Positions 1-9,327 of a DNA stretch of 64,000 nucleotides are shown in pieces. Position numbers and translations under genes: made by a program. The notes under the pieces were generated by a model. That model ran no database searches. It was not told the origin of the DNA and saw nothing but the letters and a program-made list of their open reading frames with translations. The DNA comes from an uncultured Gemmatimonadales bacterium. Its GTDB lineage: Bacteria > Gemmatimonadota > Gemmatimonadetes > Gemmatimonadales > Gemmatimonadaceae. The stretch is from NCBI GenBank assembly GCA_963850905.1, contig CAWKMU010000003.1, positions 1,792,001-1,856,000 of the forward strand, given 5' to 3'. Every line of letters starts with the position of its first letter. Position 1 is the first letter of the stretch.

Positions 1-1634
1 ACGATGAGGCGGTCAACCGCTTCATCGGCCGTGGCGGCGCCACCGCTCACCTGCTCGCGAACGACCAGAATACGCTCAACCTCTTGCTGACGGGCGGGAT
101 CGACTACTTCAATCAGCTCAATAGTCTGTACTCACCACCCACGCTGCAATACGAGCAGGTCTACGGCACCGACGGCACGAGTGTGCTCGGGAACACCGAA
201 AACTTCAACAGCAACATCAACCTCAGCGGTGTCGACACGTACACGCCAGCAGGCGGAGCATTCACCGCGACGTCGCAAATCGGCGTGACGCAGGAGACGC
301 ACGACATCAACACCAGCCGCACTCTGGCCCGCGTGCTGAGCCCTGGCGAGGCAAACATCAATGAAGGCACGCAGACGTCGGTCGAGCAGCTCCGGCAGAA
401 CGTCGTCGACAAGGGGATCTTTCTGCAGGAGGAGTTCCAGACCCTCAATCAGCACTTGCTCGTGACGCTCGGCGGACGCGCTGACGAGAGCAGCGACAAC
501 GCGGACCCGACGAAACTCTACTTCTATCCCAAAGCGTCAGCGTCGTACCGCATCGAGAAGGGCGTCTCGTTCATCGACAACGTGAAGCTCCGCGCCGCCT
601 TCGGCGAGTCGGGCAACGAACCGTTGTACGGGCAGAAGTTCGGCGAGCTCGTCGCGAACAACATTGCCGGCCTGCCGAGCTCCCAGATCCAGGGCGCTCT
701 CGCCGCGAACAACCTCGGGCCGGAGCGCACGCAGGAGTTCGAGACGGGCTTCGACATGACGCTGTTCCACAGCAAGGCGACGCTGAGTGTCACCGGCTAT
801 CAGAAGAACATCTCCGACCTGCTGCTGCAGCGCGGGCTCCCGCCGTCGATGGGCTACACGCTCGAGTATCAGAACGGCGGCACCATGCGGACGCGCGGCC
901 TCGAGGTCGAGACGTCAGTCGTTCCGATTCAACGGCGCGATTTCTCCTGGACCATCAACGCGAACTGGTCCAAGGACGCGAGCATCGTGACGTCGCTTCC
1001 AGTCTCACCCTTCAGCCCCGCCGGGTTTCCACCGGAGTTTGGCGGATTCTTCATTCAACAGGGCAAGTCACCGACCCAGATCGTCGGCAACGTCGTCGAG
1101 CCGAACGGGTCGATCAACCCGATCGGCACGATCGGAGACGTCAACCCCGACTTCCGGATGGGGCTGGGCAGCAATCTGTCCTACCACCGGGCGCACCTCT
1201 ATTTCCTGTTCAACTGGCAGCACCACGGCGACGACATCAACCTGACCGAGCTGCTCTACGACTTCACCGGGAACACTCTCGACTATGGGAAGATGGTGAA
1301 TACGCCGAGTGGGCCAATGGAGCTCGGTGCGTGGCGCGTCACGCAATGGGTGAACGGCAATACCAACATCTATGTGCAGGACGCGAGTTTCATCAAGCTG
1401 CGCGAGCTCTCGCTGTCCTATGATATCCCCGACCGGTTGCTGGGCGGGCTCCAGAATCGGGTGCATTCGGCATCGATCGTCGCCGAAGGGCGCAATCTGA
1501 TCACGTGGACCAAGTACCAGGGGCTGGATCCCGAGGTGAGCAACTTCGGCAACGAGGCCATCGCCAGAAATGTCGATGTGGCCCCCTTCCCGCCGAGCCG
1601 CCAGTTCTGGCTTGGCCTCAACCTGGGGTTCTGA
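1..1634 (+). CDS. SusC/RagA-family TonB-dependent outer membrane receptor, 5'-truncated by window edge
   Basis: Frame is open from position 3. Motifs GPERTQEFETGFD, NGGTMRTRGLE, VQDASFIKLRELSLSY and GRNLITWTKYQGLDPEV; ends in terminal Phe (GLNLGF). Confidence 0.93.
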   Translation, partial: DEAVNRFIGRGGATAHLLANDQNTLNLLLTGGIDYFNQLNSLYSPPTLQYEQVYGTDGTSVLGNTENFNSNINLSGVDTYTPAGGAFTATSQIGVTQETHDINTSRTLARVLSPGEANINEGTQTSVEQLRQNVVDKGIFLQEEFQTLNQHLLVTLGGRADESSDNADPTKLYFYPKASASYRIEKGVSFIDNVKLRAAFGESGNEPLYGQKFGELVANNIAGLPSSQIQGALAANNLGPERTQEFETGFDMTLFHSKATLSVTGYQKNISDLLLQRGLPPSMGYTLEYQNGGTMRTRGLEVETSVVPIQRRDFSWTINANWSKDASIVTSLPVSPFSPAGFPPEFGGFFIQQGKSPTQIVGNVVEPNGSINPIGTIGDVNPDFRMGLGSNLSYHRAHLYFLFNWQHHGDDINLTELLYDFTGNTLDYGKMVNTPSGPMELGAWRVTQWVNGNTNIYVQDASFIKLRELSLSYDIPDRLLGGLQNRVHSASIVAEGRNLITWTKYQGLDPEVSNFGNEAIARNVDVAPFPPSRQFWLGLNLGF

Positions 1635-1638
1635 CGCC

Positions 1639-3028
1639 ATGCGACACACATTCGAATTCCGACGCGCGCGCGCGATGCGCAGCCTCGTCTCGATCGCGGC
1701 GCTGGCCACGCTGACGGCATGCGCCAACTCGACGGTTCCGGACCTCAACAACCCCAGTGTAAACAGCTTCCAGACCAGCCCGACGGGCGCGGCGGCCGGC
1801 GCCATCGCGATCGGCATGGTCCGCGGGGCGCGTGACAACACCGGCAACATGGCGTGGAACGTGGGCGCCTTCGGTCGCGAAGGCTACGAGATGGGCGTCG
1901 CGCAGGGTGATCTCACGCTCTACGTCGACGGCCCGATCACGAGCAACACGTTCTATCTGGACTTACTCTGGGATCAGCAGTACGCCGACATCCGTGCCGG
2001 CAACACCGTGCTGGACGCGATGTCGCGTATCCCCGATCTCACGAGCCAACAGAATGTCCGCCATGGCCGGCTTCATTCAGACCATGATGGCCTACGACCT
2101 CATTCAGCTGGCCGCGACGCGAGACACGTTCGGCTTGCCGATCGCGGTCGACATCCCACCTGGTGGGCCACCGGCGCCGATCGCCGACAAGGCGACGGTC
2201 TACCAACACATATTCAACCTGCTGGACTCGGGGCAGACGAGCCTGCAGGCAGGCGGCGCGGCCTTCTCCTTCGCACTCCCACCGGGTTTCGCGGGCTTCA
2301 ACACGCCGGCGACGTTCCTCTTGGTGAACCGCGGGCTCCGGGCGCGCGCCGACATCCTGACAAAGAACTATGCGAATGCGCTCACGGACTTGAGTGCTTC
2401 GTTTGTGAGTATGGCGCAACCGCTTACCTACGGTCCGTTCTTCGACTACACCGCGAACTCGGGCGACGAGACCAACATCCTGTTCAAGCCGTATTACTAC
2501 GTCTCGAACTGGATCATCGACTCCGCCCAGTTTCAGGCCGACGGCAAGACGCTCGATAACCGCGTCCTGACCAAGACGGTAGCGGTGACGCCGTTCATTC
2601 TCGACAGCATTACCGCGTCCTATCAATTCACGGCGTACAACAGTGTGAGCTCGCCGCTGCCGATGCTCCGCAACGAGGAACTGATCCTATTGCGTGCCGA
2701 GGCAAACCTGGGCGCGGGCAACACCCTGGCTGCGCTCACCGACATCAACTTCATCCGGGCGACGTCCGGCAACTTACCGCCATACACAGCCAGCGCCGCC
2801 TTGCGCCAACCAGCGGATCCCCTGGATGAGCTGCTTTACGAAAAGCGCTACTCGCTGCTCTGGGAGTCTGGCAACAACTGGATCAGCATGCGCCAATATG
2901 GCAAGCTCAATGAGATCCCCGAGCAGTACCATCTCGAGCACATCTTCCCGGTCATCCCGTTCCCGCTCAACGACTGCACGGCGCGCTCGCCGGAGCCGGA
3001 AGGCTGTAACACAGTGACCGGATTCTGA
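1639..3028 (+). CDS. SusD/RagB-family lipoprotein, split by a +1 frameshift near 2053
   Basis: Lipobox LATLTAC in the 1570 frame. C-terminal LRNEELILLRAEA and ELLYEKRYSLLWE in the 1832 frame. Frames join at CAA CAG A ATG TCC. Lies directly after susC. Start may be 1675. Confidence 0.88.
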
Positions 3029-3063
3029 GGCGATATCGACGACGGGAATGCGTACGGGCGATC

Positions 3064-3093
3064 CGGGGGTAGCCGCGTCCGCGGCTACCCCCG
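3064..3093. terminator. GC-rich hairpin after susD (terminator or transcript-stabilising stem)
   Basis: CGGGGGTAGCCGCG-TC-CGCGGCTACCCCCG is a perfect inverted repeat with no clear U-tract. Confidence 0.55.
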
Positions 3094-3119
3094 CTGTCTC
3101 GATGCGAAAGGAGGTGGCC

Positions 3120-5165
3120 ATGCGACTCAGGACGGCAACGACGACGGAGTGGGCGCTCCTTTGTGCGATGGCGTCTGCAGGGGCATTCACGGGGAGCGCA
3201 GCCGGCGCGCAGCGTGACACCCGACCGGCGGCCACGACGCCACCAGTTCTCTCCGCCGACCAGCTCTTGTCGGTCAGTAGTATGGTAGGCGGCCGCGACG
3301 AGCCCGTGTGGGACGCGGACGGCTCGCACGTCACCTTTCTCGGCAGCTTTGGCGGTCCGCTCGGCATCTGGTCGATTCCCGCCTCGGGCGGACCGGCGAC
3401 GCTCCTCGTCCGCGACGTATCGCTGAGCGGCATGGACTACACCGCGGGGCAGCGCCCGATCTGGTCTCCGCGTGGGGAGTATCTCGCCTATGTCACATCG
3501 AAAGGGGGCGATGCGCCGGAGATCTGGTTGTGGTCGCCCCGGACCGGCGCGGACGTGCAGCTGACGCACATGGGCGGCGGCGTCTACTCCATGAACTGGT
3601 CGCCGGACGGCGCGCATATCGCGTTCTCCGACGATCGATACGGGAGCCAGGACATCTACACGGTTGCCGTCCCGACCGGCGACGTGGTCAGGCTCACCAG
3701 CGATTCACGCTACGAGGTATTCCCGACGTGGACGCCCGACAGCCGCACGGTCCTGTACGATCGGCTCGATCCGCGATGGGTGCGGCATGACGTCATGGCC
3801 GTGCCCGTCGATGGATCGACGCCACCGCGGCTCGTCGTCACGGAGTCGGAATTCTTCGACTATCGGGGCGGTGCGGCGTTCGGGTACTCGCCGGTGTCTG
3901 CAGATGGCCAGCGCGTGTTGATCCGATCGCAGCGGTCGGGATGGCTCAACTACTGGGCCGTGCCGCTCTCTGGTGGTGAACCACGGGCTGTCGCGCCCGA
4001 GGCGGCGGAGCAGAGCGAGGGGGCGTGGTCGCCCGACGGGAAGTGGATTGCCTACATCTCAAATCACAACGGCACGAAGGGTTTGTACGTCGTGGGCGCC
4101 ACGGGCGGCTCACCTCGTGCCTTGGTCTCGCCGACAGACGGCGTTGTCTCGCGGATCGGTTGGTCGCCAGACGGCACAAGGATCAGCTACACGTTCGGGA
4201 CTGTGACGACAACGGCGGATCTCTACACGGTTGATGTGAAGACCGGTCGCACCACACAGCTCACGTTCTCGATGCCAGCTGGGCTCGCGACTGCCGGTCT
4301 GATCACGCCGCGCAAGGTCACGTATCCGAGCGCGGACGGCTACACCATCTCCGCGTACCTATACGAGCCGCGCGGTCTCAAGCCCGGGGAGAAAGCGCCA
4401 GGTATCATGTGGATCCATGGCGGCCCGACGGGGCAATGGATCGACAGCTATCAGGCGCAAGTGCAGTACTTCGCGAACCGGGGCTACGCCGTGTTATTGC
4501 CCAACATCCGGGGCAGCTCAGGCTACGGACGGGTGTTCGAAGACGCGAACAACGGGTGCTGGGGGCATTGTGACCTCAAGGATGTCCTCGCCGGGGTCGA
4601 GTACCTGAAGCGACAGGGGTTCGTGAACGCCGACAAGATGGGGATTCACGGCGTGAGCTACGGCGGGTGCATGAGCATGTCAGCAGTCGCGTTCGCGCCG
4701 GGCATCTTCCAGGCGGCGATCCCCGAGTCGGGGTACGGCGATTGGGTACGCTTCCACGAGTACAACAACGAAATGCAGCACAACCAGTTGCTGGCGTACG
4801 AGTTCGGCCCGCTTCCGGACAGCGAGGCCGTGTATCGGCGGAACTCGCCGATCTACAGCGTTGCGGACGTTACGACGCCCACGTTCCTCATTCATGGCGA
4901 GGGCGTGACGTCGGCGTGGCGGCCGGCGGAGCTGCCTGTGCCCGCGTCGCTCGATTTCGCGCGAGCGCTCGACGCGCACTACAAGGCGTTCCGCTACAAA
5001 ACCTACCCGGGCGAGACCTACTATATCACCTCCCGTGAGAACATTCGGGTCAAGCTCGGCGACATGCTCGCGTTCTTCGATCAATACCTGAAGGACGGAC
5101 TGCGCACGGCGCCGTCGGCCACGGTCGTGACGACCGTGTCGGCCGCCACGAGCGGGGGGCGGTGA
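3120..5165 (+). CDS. S9-family (prolyl oligopeptidase/acylaminoacyl peptidase-like) protein with TolB/PD40 propeller and non-canonical triad
   Basis: RBS AAGGAGG before ATG 3120; signal peptide; repeated WSPDG; IHGGP, PNIRGSSGYG and GVSYGG motifs. Confidence 0.88.
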   Translation: MRLRTATTTEWALLCAMASAGAFTGSAAGAQRDTRPAATTPPVLSADQLLSVSSMVGGRDEPVWDADGSHVTFLGSFGGPLGIWSIPASGGPATLLVRDVSLSGMDYTAGQRPIWSPRGEYLAYVTSKGGDAPEIWLWSPRTGADVQLTHMGGGVYSMNWSPDGAHIAFSDDRYGSQDIYTVAVPTGDVVRLTSDSRYEVFPTWTPDSRTVLYDRLDPRWVRHDVMAVPVDGSTPPRLVVTESEFFDYRGGAAFGYSPVSADGQRVLIRSQRSGWLNYWAVPLSGGEPRAVAPEAAEQSEGAWSPDGKWIAYISNHNGTKGLYVVGATGGSPRALVSPTDGVVSRIGWSPDGTRISYTFGTVTTTADLYTVDVKTGRTTQLTFSMPAGLATAGLITPRKVTYPSADGYTISAYLYEPRGLKPGEKAPGIMWIHGGPTGQWIDSYQAQVQYFANRGYAVLLPNIRGSSGYGRVFEDANNGCWGHCDLKDVLAGVEYLKRQGFVNADKMGIHGVSYGGCMSMSAVAFAPGIFQAAIPESGYGDWVRFHEYNNEMQHNQLLAYEFGPLPDSEAVYRRNSPIYSVADVTTPTFLIHGEGVTSAWRPAELPVPASLDFARALDAHYKAFRYKTYPGETYYITSRENIRVKLGDMLAFFDQYLKDGLRTAPSATVVTTVSAATSGGR

Positions 5166-5219
5166 GTCGTTGCGAACGGTGATGGCTACGAGAGGGTCTA
5201 CGAGAGGGAGAGGACTTAA

Positions 5220-7118
5220 ATGACTGGTCGTGGCGTGTGGACATCGAGGCTGACCACGTCCGCTGGCGTGGTCGCGTTACTCTGTGGTGGTGCGCTCTCC
5301 TGTGGCGGCGGTAGCGGACCGCACGTTCAGGTCAGTTTCCCCGCGTCACTGAACTCCGAACCGATCACCGGACGGGTGTTCGTCACGCTGTACACGAAGG
5401 ATGACGTCGAGCCTCGCATCGCGGCGTATCAGTCGGCACGCGTGCGGGTCGGCCGTATCCCCTTCTTCGCGATGGACATCGACCAGCTCAAGCCGGGGGA
5501 GTGGGCGACGCTCGACACCGGCGCGGTCGGCTATCCGCTGTGGAGTATGCGGGACCTTCCGGCTGGCGACTACTACGCGCAAGCCGTGCTCCACGTCTAC
5601 ACACAGTACCACCGCTCGGACGGGCATACGGTCTGGGCCCATCAGGATCACTGGGACGGGCAGCGGTGGGCGTACTCCCCGGGCAATCTCGTGAGCACGC
5701 CGATCAAGGTGCACCTGGATCCGGCCGCGGGGTTCAACGTGCAACTGACATTCGATCACAAGCTCCCGCCAATCCAGGAGCCGCAGGATACCAAATGGGT
5801 GAAGCACCTCAAGATCCAGAGTGACAGGCTCACGAAGTTCTGGGGGGTCCCGCAGCAACTCGGCGCCATCATCCTGTTGCCGAAGGGCTACGACGAGCAC
5901 CCCAACGCGTACTACCCGGTCGTGTACCAGCAGAACCACTTCTCGCTGGATGCCCCGTTCGGCTTCACGAACGACTCGAACCCGCCGGTCGCCGCAATGA
6001 CCCCGCTCCGGCTGGCGCCGGTCAACCCCCGATCCAACGTCGAAGGACCGCGTGCGTTCAGCGGCGGCGGCGTGCGCGAGTCCGGCTACGAGTTCTACAA
6101 GTCGTGGAACTCGGATGTCATGCCCCGGATGATCGTCGTGTCCTTCCTCCACCCCACGCCGTACTTCGACGACTCGTACGCCGTCAACTCGGCCAACAAC
6201 GGCCCCTACGGCGACGCGATCATGCAGGAGCTCGTCCCGTATGTCGAGTCGCACTTCCGCATCATTCGGAAGCCGTACGCCCGTGTGTTGACTGGCGGAT
6301 CGACCGGCGGATGGGAATCGCTGGCGCTCCAGGTTCAGCATCCCGAGTTCTTCGGCGGGACGTGGACCTTCTTCCCTGACCCGATCGACTTTCGCCGATA
6401 CCAGCTGGTCGACATCTACTCGGACTCCAACGCATTCGTACTCCCCAATGCGGCGCCGGGGGCCCCCGAGCGCATGATGCAGATGTCGCCGGAAGGGCAG
6501 CCGGTGGCTTCGATGCGCTCGATCGCGCAGATGGAGCTGGCCTCTGGCACGCGCGGTCGCTCGGCCGCGCAGCTCGACATCTGGAACGCCGTGTACGGCC
6601 CGGCCGACGCCGACGGATATCCCCGCCGCGTGTTCGACCTCCGGACCGGTGTCATCGATCACGAAGTCGCGACGTACATGCGCGACCACGGCTACGACCT
6701 GCGGTATTACATCGCGCAGAACTGGTCGAAGATCGGCCCGCAACTGGTCGGCAAGCTGCACCTGTTGACGGGCGATTACGACGACTTCTTCCTCGGCCCT
6801 GCGGTCTACATGCTGCAGGATTTTCTCGATAGCACCAAGGCGCCGGCGTATGGCGGCGACTTCCGGTTTGGACGACCGATGAAGGGTCACGGCTGGCAGC
6901 CGATGACCACGGCGAACCTGTTGCGCGAGATGGCCGCGCACATCGCCAAGAACGCGCCGCCAGGAGAGGCGACGTCGAGCTGGCGTGGTGATCCCGCGGT
7001 GACGGGACTCAAGGGCAATGCGTTGTTCAATCCTTGCGGACCGGCGCAAGGCTGTGCGTGGGGCGAAGAGCGGCATGCCGGTGCGGCGGGCGGCGGAGAG
7101 CAGATTACGAACCGATAG
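5220..7118 (+). CDS. Secreted/lipoprotein alpha/beta-hydrolase, putative esterase (Fes-like)
   Basis: GGSTGG nucleophile elbow; LLPKGYDEHP, NSANNGPYGDAIMQELVPYVE; RBS GAGG; signal peptide with LSC. Confidence 0.8.
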   Translation: MTGRGVWTSRLTTSAGVVALLCGGALSCGGGSGPHVQVSFPASLNSEPITGRVFVTLYTKDDVEPRIAAYQSARVRVGRIPFFAMDIDQLKPGEWATLDTGAVGYPLWSMRDLPAGDYYAQAVLHVYTQYHRSDGHTVWAHQDHWDGQRWAYSPGNLVSTPIKVHLDPAAGFNVQLTFDHKLPPIQEPQDTKWVKHLKIQSDRLTKFWGVPQQLGAIILLPKGYDEHPNAYYPVVYQQNHFSLDAPFGFTNDSNPPVAAMTPLRLAPVNPRSNVEGPRAFSGGGVRESGYEFYKSWNSDVMPRMIVVSFLHPTPYFDDSYAVNSANNGPYGDAIMQELVPYVESHFRIIRKPYARVLTGGSTGGWESLALQVQHPEFFGGTWTFFPDPIDFRRYQLVDIYSDSNAFVLPNAAPGAPERMMQMSPEGQPVASMRSIAQMELASGTRGRSAAQLDIWNAVYGPADADGYPRRVFDLRTGVIDHEVATYMRDHGYDLRYYIAQNWSKIGPQLVGKLHLLTGDYDDFFLGPAVYMLQDFLDSTKAPAYGGDFRFGRPMKGHGWQPMTTANLLREMAAHIAKNAPPGEATSSWRGDPAVTGLKGNALFNPCGPAQGCAWGEERHAGAAGGGEQITNR

Positions 7119-7170
7119 AACGCGGGCCGTCGCTAGGCATGTGCGGATTGGTTGGCGACGACGGACACAC

Positions 7171-7317
7171 GGCGGGCGGCCTGAAGGCCGCCCCTACATG
7201 TTGCTGCGAGCGGTGCGAGAGCCGGATTCGTCGACGTCGTTCGCGAGTGCGGGTGGGATGGTCCTGGAGACGCGCCGTCCGGACCGACATGTAGGGGCGG
7301 GCTTTAGCCCGCCCGCC
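7171..7317. repeat. Inverted pair of GTAG-family REP elements (REPIN-like)
   Basis: 7171-7200 reverse-complements to CATGTAGGGGCGGCCTTCAGGCCGCCCGCC; 7288-7317 reads CATGTAGGGGCGGGCTTTAGCCCGCCCGCC. Confidence 0.8.
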
Positions 7318-7348
7318 TGCGATGCGACACCTGAACGGAGAGGACGTT

Positions 7349-9295
7349 ATGACAGAGATTCGTTGGGGCCGGCGAGTTCGTCGCAGTGTGGTGACGGTGG
7401 TGTGTCTCGCTCTCCATCCGGCTCTCTACGCGCAACAGACCGCCTTGAGCAACGCGGACCTCGTCGGCGTGCGGTCGATCGTCGCCGGGATGGCGCCGCA
7501 GTGGTCGAGCGACGGCTCCCGCATCCTGTTTTCGACATCGCTCGGCGGCTCTGAATTGTGGACGGTACCGGCGACGGGCGGGTTCCCCAGCTCGATGCAA
7601 GTCGCGATGGGGGAGATCGCGTTTCTGCAAACCCATCAGCCTGCGTACTCACCGGACGGCAAGTGGCTGTCGTACATCTCCAATCGAAGCGGACCGGCCG
7701 AGCTCTACCTCAAATCGCTCGTGGATGGGCACGAGGTGACGCTCACCCACATGGGCGCGCGCATCAATTCCTACGCGTGGTCACCTGACAGCCGTCGCAT
7801 CGCATTCGCAGACGACAGGTTTGGCGGCTACGACATCTACGCCGCCGACGTCCCGACCGGAGTGGTCGTGCGCTTGACCGACGACCCTCGCTACGATGTG
7901 TTCCCGTCGTGGACGCCGGACAGCCGGCGCGTGGTCTACGTGCGGCTCGATGACCGATGGCTCGACCACGAGGTGCTCGTGGTCGACGCCGATGGCCGAT
8001 CATCCCCGCGCACCATCGTCACGGACACCGACTTCTTCGACTATGCCGCGGGCGGCGGGTTTGGGTATCCGCAAGTCTCACCGGACGGGTCGACGATCCT
8101 CTTCAAGTCACAGCGGAGCGGGTGGGTCAACTATTGGGTGGTCCCGATCCAGGGAGGGGCGCCACGGCAGATCGCGCCAGAGTCCGCGAACCAGAGCGGC
8201 GCACACTGGTCCCCCGATGGGAAATCGATCCTGTATCAGGCGCTGTGGAACGGGACGCAGGACCTGCGCATCGTGGCGGCTGTTGGTGGCGCGCCACGCG
8301 TCCTGGTCAAGCCCACGGACATGGGCTTCGTCAACAACGGGGTTTGGTCGCCTGACGGTGCGCACGTCGGTTTCACGATGGAGTCGCCATCGGCTGCCGC
8401 GGATCTGTTCGTGGTGGGCGCGGCCGGCGGGCAACCGGTGCAGCTCACGCATTCCGCGGGGCCGCAGTACATTGCCGCCGCGCTCCTCCGACCCAAGAAG
8501 ATCACGTATCCGTCAGCCGACGGCGTCAAGATTTCGGCCTACCTCTACGAGCCGCTGCTCGGAGCGGGCCAGAAAGCCCCGGGGATCCTGCTGATCCACG
8601 GCGGGCCGACGTCGTCGTGGAACGATACGTATCAGGTTCAGGCGCAGGCGTTGGCCATGCACGGCTACGCCGTGCTGCTCCCCAACATCCGCGGCAGCTC
8701 CGGCTACGGCAAGCCATTCGAGGATGCGAACAATGGGTGCTGGGGACGCTGCGACCTGAAGGATGTCGTTGCCGGCGTCGCCTACCTCAAGCAGCTCTCG
8801 TACATCGAGCCGTCGCGCATGGGCATCACGGGCACGAGTTACGGAGGCTGCATGACGCTCGCCGCCGCGGCGTTCGCCCCTGGCGTCTTTCAGGCTGGTA
8901 TCGCGCAGTCCGGTTACGGCGACTGGCTGCAGTTCTCCGAGGAGCAGGAGATGCGGCACATCAAGCTTCTCAACTACGAGCTCGGACCGCTTCCCCAGGC
9001 GGAGGCGCTCTATAAGTCCATCTCGCCGATCTATTACATCGACAGCATCCGAACGCCACTGTTTCTCGTGCACGGCGAAGGGAAACAGCTCCCCCGGTCG
9101 GTCGCCTCGCGCCTCTTCGTCGACCGTCTCGAGATGCACTACAAGCCGTTCAAGTACAAGACGTATCCCAACGAGAACTACTACATCCAGAGTCCCGACA
9201 ACGTCCGCGTGTTGTTGGGTGACATGCAGGACTACTTCGATCAGTACCTCAAGGACAGCGCGAAGGAACCGGACCGGCGGATTGCGAGGGACTAG
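7349..9295 (+). CDS. S9-family protein, paralog of 3120..5165, non-canonical triad
   Basis: RBS GGAGAGG; same architecture; IHGGP, PNIRGSSGYG and GTSYGG motifs. Confidence 0.88.
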   Translation: MTEIRWGRRVRRSVVTVVCLALHPALYAQQTALSNADLVGVRSIVAGMAPQWSSDGSRILFSTSLGGSELWTVPATGGFPSSMQVAMGEIAFLQTHQPAYSPDGKWLSYISNRSGPAELYLKSLVDGHEVTLTHMGARINSYAWSPDSRRIAFADDRFGGYDIYAADVPTGVVVRLTDDPRYDVFPSWTPDSRRVVYVRLDDRWLDHEVLVVDADGRSSPRTIVTDTDFFDYAAGGGFGYPQVSPDGSTILFKSQRSGWVNYWVVPIQGGAPRQIAPESANQSGAHWSPDGKSILYQALWNGTQDLRIVAAVGGAPRVLVKPTDMGFVNNGVWSPDGAHVGFTMESPSAAADLFVVGAAGGQPVQLTHSAGPQYIAAALLRPKKITYPSADGVKISAYLYEPLLGAGQKAPGILLIHGGPTSSWNDTYQVQAQALAMHGYAVLLPNIRGSSGYGKPFEDANNGCWGRCDLKDVVAGVAYLKQLSYIEPSRMGITGTSYGGCMTLAAAAFAPGVFQAGIAQSGYGDWLQFSEEQEMRHIKLLNYELGPLPQAEALYKSISPIYYIDSIRTPLFLVHGEGKQLPRSVASRLFVDRLEMHYKPFKYKTYPNENYYIQSPDNVRVLLGDMQDYFDQYLKDSAKEPDRRIARD

Positions 9296-9327
9296 GACCA
9301 GGGCCGATCACGTGCGTAAGCGCGAGC

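Noticed and set aside
5346..7076. Long antisense ORFs (576 aa here; also 23446..24627, 57773..58846 and others)
   Set aside because: These are shadow frames of real high-GC genes, with no motifs.
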